DNA of 38,712 nucleotides from a virus (taxonomy: Duplodnaviria; Caudoviricetes): the IMG/VR virus record IMGVR_UViG_3300028398_000011, positions 1-38,712 of that record. One strand, written 5' to 3'. The position numbers and the translations under genes are program-made. How positions within the stretch are numbered: position 1 is the first letter of the stretch; each line of letters opens with the position of its first letter. Positions 36,707 to 38,712 of the stretch are shown here, piece by piece. The notes beneath the pieces were generated by a model. That model did not search any database. It was not told where the DNA came from and saw only the letters and a list, made by a program, of their open reading frames with translations.

Positions 36707-37491
36707 GTTTAGTATTAAGAGATGATAGCCCACTAGCTAGAGTATTACAGGCTTATGGAAATAGCCCAGCAAGTAATGCTATGAAACAGGCATTAACTGA
36801 CCCAGTTACTACAACGGCAGGAACAGTATCTTCAACTGGAGTCGTTAATCCAGTAATAGATGATATAGATATGAGGAGATATCACAAAAACATAGCTAAT
36901 AATGGAGCAGTAGCCCAGTCTAATATAGGCGACTATGCTACAGGTGTAGCAACTACTATAGGAGCAACTACTGCTACTGCAACTACTGCTGGTGCAACTA
37001 CAGATATGGCAACTACTGCAACTTCTACAGGAGGTAATATTAAGGTTAATAGTGCTAGAGGTAAGGCATTATTAAATAAGTTACCTAAAAATCCTGCCAA
37101 GAGAGTTAATGATATATCACTTATACATCCTAAATTACAGGCTTTTTATAAAGAGTTAAATGATTGGAGTATAAAGAACGGTTATGGAGCTGTCCCAATT
37201 GGAGAAACACTTAGAAGTAAAGCTAGGCAAGAGTATATATATAAATTTGGTAGGGTAAAAGGCTATGGTAGAATGGGTCATCCATATACTTGGACACACA
37301 ATAGTAGGCATTTACACGGTATAGCTATGGATCTTGGAGTCCCAAAAAAAGTAAGACCTAAGAGTGCAAGAGAAAATAGATGGCTTCATAAAGCGTGGGA
37401 AATGGGTAGAAAATATGGCGTAGGTGGCATAGGTCATAGAAATAAAGACCCTTACCACTTCCAATTAGGTTGGGATAAATCATTGGTATAG
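36703..37491 (+). CDS. M15-family (L-Ala-D-Glu-type) peptidoglycan peptidase with Thr/Ala-rich N-terminal region
   Basis: IHPKL, ETLRS..RQ..Y..GR, SRHLHGIAMDL and DPYHFQL zinc-ligand motifs. Confidence 0.85.
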   Translation: MSLVLRDDSPLARVLQAYGNSPASNAMKQALTDPVTTTAGTVSSTGVVNPVIDDIDMRRYHKNIANNGAVAQSNIGDYATGVATTIGATTATATTAGATTDMATTATSTGGNIKVNSARGKALLNKLPKNPAKRVNDISLIHPKLQAFYKELNDWSIKNGYGAVPIGETLRSKARQEYIYKFGRVKGYGRMGHPYTWTHNSRHLHGIAMDLGVPKKVRPKSARENRWLHKAWEMGRKYGVGGIGHRNKDPYHFQLGWDKSLV

Positions 37492-37508
37492 GACTAATTT
37501 AGTCCTAT
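37488..37508. terminator. hairpin at the convergence of the two transcription arms
   Basis: ATAGGACTA-ATT-TAGTCCTAT spanning both stop codons. Confidence 0.65.
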
Positions 37509-37732
37509 TTAATTCTTATACTCATAAGTTTATTTAATACTATAATCCATATAGCTATTGCACCTATAGGGCTTATTGCAATCATTAATATAAATAGAAT
37601 AAAAATAATATCTCCAATAGTTAAAACTTCTGATTCTGTTATAGATTTATATACAACACCCATAGCTATTATTAAGTTAAACAGCATAGTTATTACATAC
37701 ATACCTAATAGTATCATTAATAAATAATTCAT
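37505..37732 (-). CDS. hypothetical membrane protein (2 TM)
   Basis: Two hydrophobic helices; AGGAGG RBS; ATGA overlap. Confidence 0.65.
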   Translation of the reverse strand: MNYLLMILLGMYVITMLFNLIIAMGVVYKSITESEVLTIGDIIFILFILMIAISPIGAIAIWIIVLNKLMSIRIK

Positions 37733-37923
37733 TTCTTACTCCTCCTTTCAAAATATCTACAATAGAAATCACTAGGGAATGTTCTATTGTATAGGAATAA
37801 TATCCTCTTATTACATACAACTTCATCATTAGGTATTATTTTACCTTTGGAAATTAATTCACTCACTAATTCATTATATTTAACTTCTGTAGAATATTTG
37901 CAATTCTTACAAGACTTCTCCAT
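37729..37923 (-). CDS. small Cys-rich (putative zinc-binding) protein
   Basis: SCKNCKY...VCNK...FYCRYFER; AAGGA RBS. Confidence 0.65.
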   Translation of the reverse strand: MEKSCKNCKYSTEVKYNELVSELISKGKIIPNDEVVCNKRILFLYNRTFPSDFYCRYFERRSKK

Positions 37924-37958
37924 ATGTCATCCTTTTATATTTATATGTTATAATAAAC

Positions 37959-38712
37959 TTAAAAATCATCAAAATCTATACTATTTTTAGCATAGTTTGT
38001 TACATTTGTCTCAAAGAAGTTCTGTTTCACATCATTCATTGCTAAATTTTTATCTACTAATTTTTGTAGGTATGTAGTCTCACTTTGTGGAAATATAGGC
38101 TCTAATCCAATCTTTGCTAATCTATCATTTGCATAGTTGTGAACTGTATTTGTAATAAGCTCTTCTCTAAGCCCCATAATAGAGTAGTTGTCAAGCAGGT
38201 ATTTACCATACTCTAATTCAATATCTACTGCCTCTGTTATCATCTCATAACTTTTATCTATTATAGATGCAGGTATTTTATTCTCTTTTTGAAGCGTCTT
38301 AAATATATTTGCAAATAGTGGTAAATGGGTATTTAACTCATCTCTACTAATAAATTTAATCATATCTCTAGCACCTGCAACTTTATCGCCTAAAGTATAG
38401 ATATAACTAAATCCTAATAGAAAATATATACCCTCTAAGTTTACACTAGCCATAGCTGAGAGTAACATTCCATCTACCCCATCTCCCTCGATATATCTTG
38501 CGAATTGCTCTGAAATTCTTTGGTTCTTTCTCTTTAGTGCATCGTTTGTTTTATAGAGGTCGAATACTTCATTAGAGTTACCAGAGGCATCAAGTAAAAC
38601 GGCATAAGATTTAGAGTGGTTTACCTCTTGCATCATCTGTAGAGTAAGAGTAGATTTAACTATCTTATTAGTTGCTAATCTTCTAAAGTCAGCTAGATAC
38701 TCCTCTTGTGCT
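37959..38712 (-). CDS. nrdB: class I ribonucleotide reductase beta subunit (5'-truncated by the window)
   Basis: Frame is open to the window edge (AQEEYLADFRR...LQMMQEVNHSKSY); LEGIYF, RDELNTH, NFFETNVTNY and acidic/aromatic C-terminal tail. Confidence 0.93.
   Translation of the reverse strand, partial: AQEEYLADFRRLATNKIVKSTLTLQMMQEVNHSKSYAVLLDASGNSNEVFDLYKTNDALKRKNQRISEQFARYIEGDGVDGMLLSAMASVNLEGIYFLLGFSYIYTLGDKVAGARDMIKFISRDELNTHLPLFANIFKTLQKENKIPASIIDKSYEMITEAVDIELEYGKYLLDNYSIMGLREELITNTVHNYANDRLAKIGLEPIFPQSETTYLQKLVDKNLAMNDVKQNFFETNVTNYAKNSIDFDDF

Overview
An AT-rich (~30% GC by eye) tailed-phage genome segment, most likely a podovirus-like phage of a Campylobacterota (Epsilonproteobacteria) host. 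The host call rests on a Campylobacter-type ThyX and NrdB and on TTAAG...TATAAT promoters. The left arm (1-12.2 kb, minus strand) is a replication/nucleotide module: thyX, DNA MTase, ATP-dependent ligase, VRR-NUC, HTH, 5'-3' exonuclease, PolA, SSB and an NrS-1-like primase-polymerase/SF3 helicase. The 12.25-16.35 kb control region holds a small acidic early-gene cassette driven by duplicated promoters. This cassette is bracketed by inversely oriented tandem-repeat/microsatellite arrays and followed by 1.55 kb of non-coding DNA with a dispersed 10-bp motif. The right arm (16.35-37.5 kb, plus strand) encodes terminases, scaffold, capsid, adaptor, an embedded lysis cassette, tail fibre, nozzle, ejection proteins, a displaced portal gene, a large ejection protein with a C-terminal ART-like domain and an M15 peptidase. 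Beyond a convergent terminator lie minus-strand genes ending in a partial nrdB. No integrase, RNA polymerase, tRNA or CRISPR array was seen. Most notable: (1) inverted TAGGTTA/(TATC)n arrays that may be a prim-pol-primed bidirectional origin; (2) an A_AAA_AAG -1 frameshift that restores an HTH N-terminus on the exonuclease; (3) an ART-like domain on a virion ejection protein. All assignments come from motif recognition by eye; no database searches were run.
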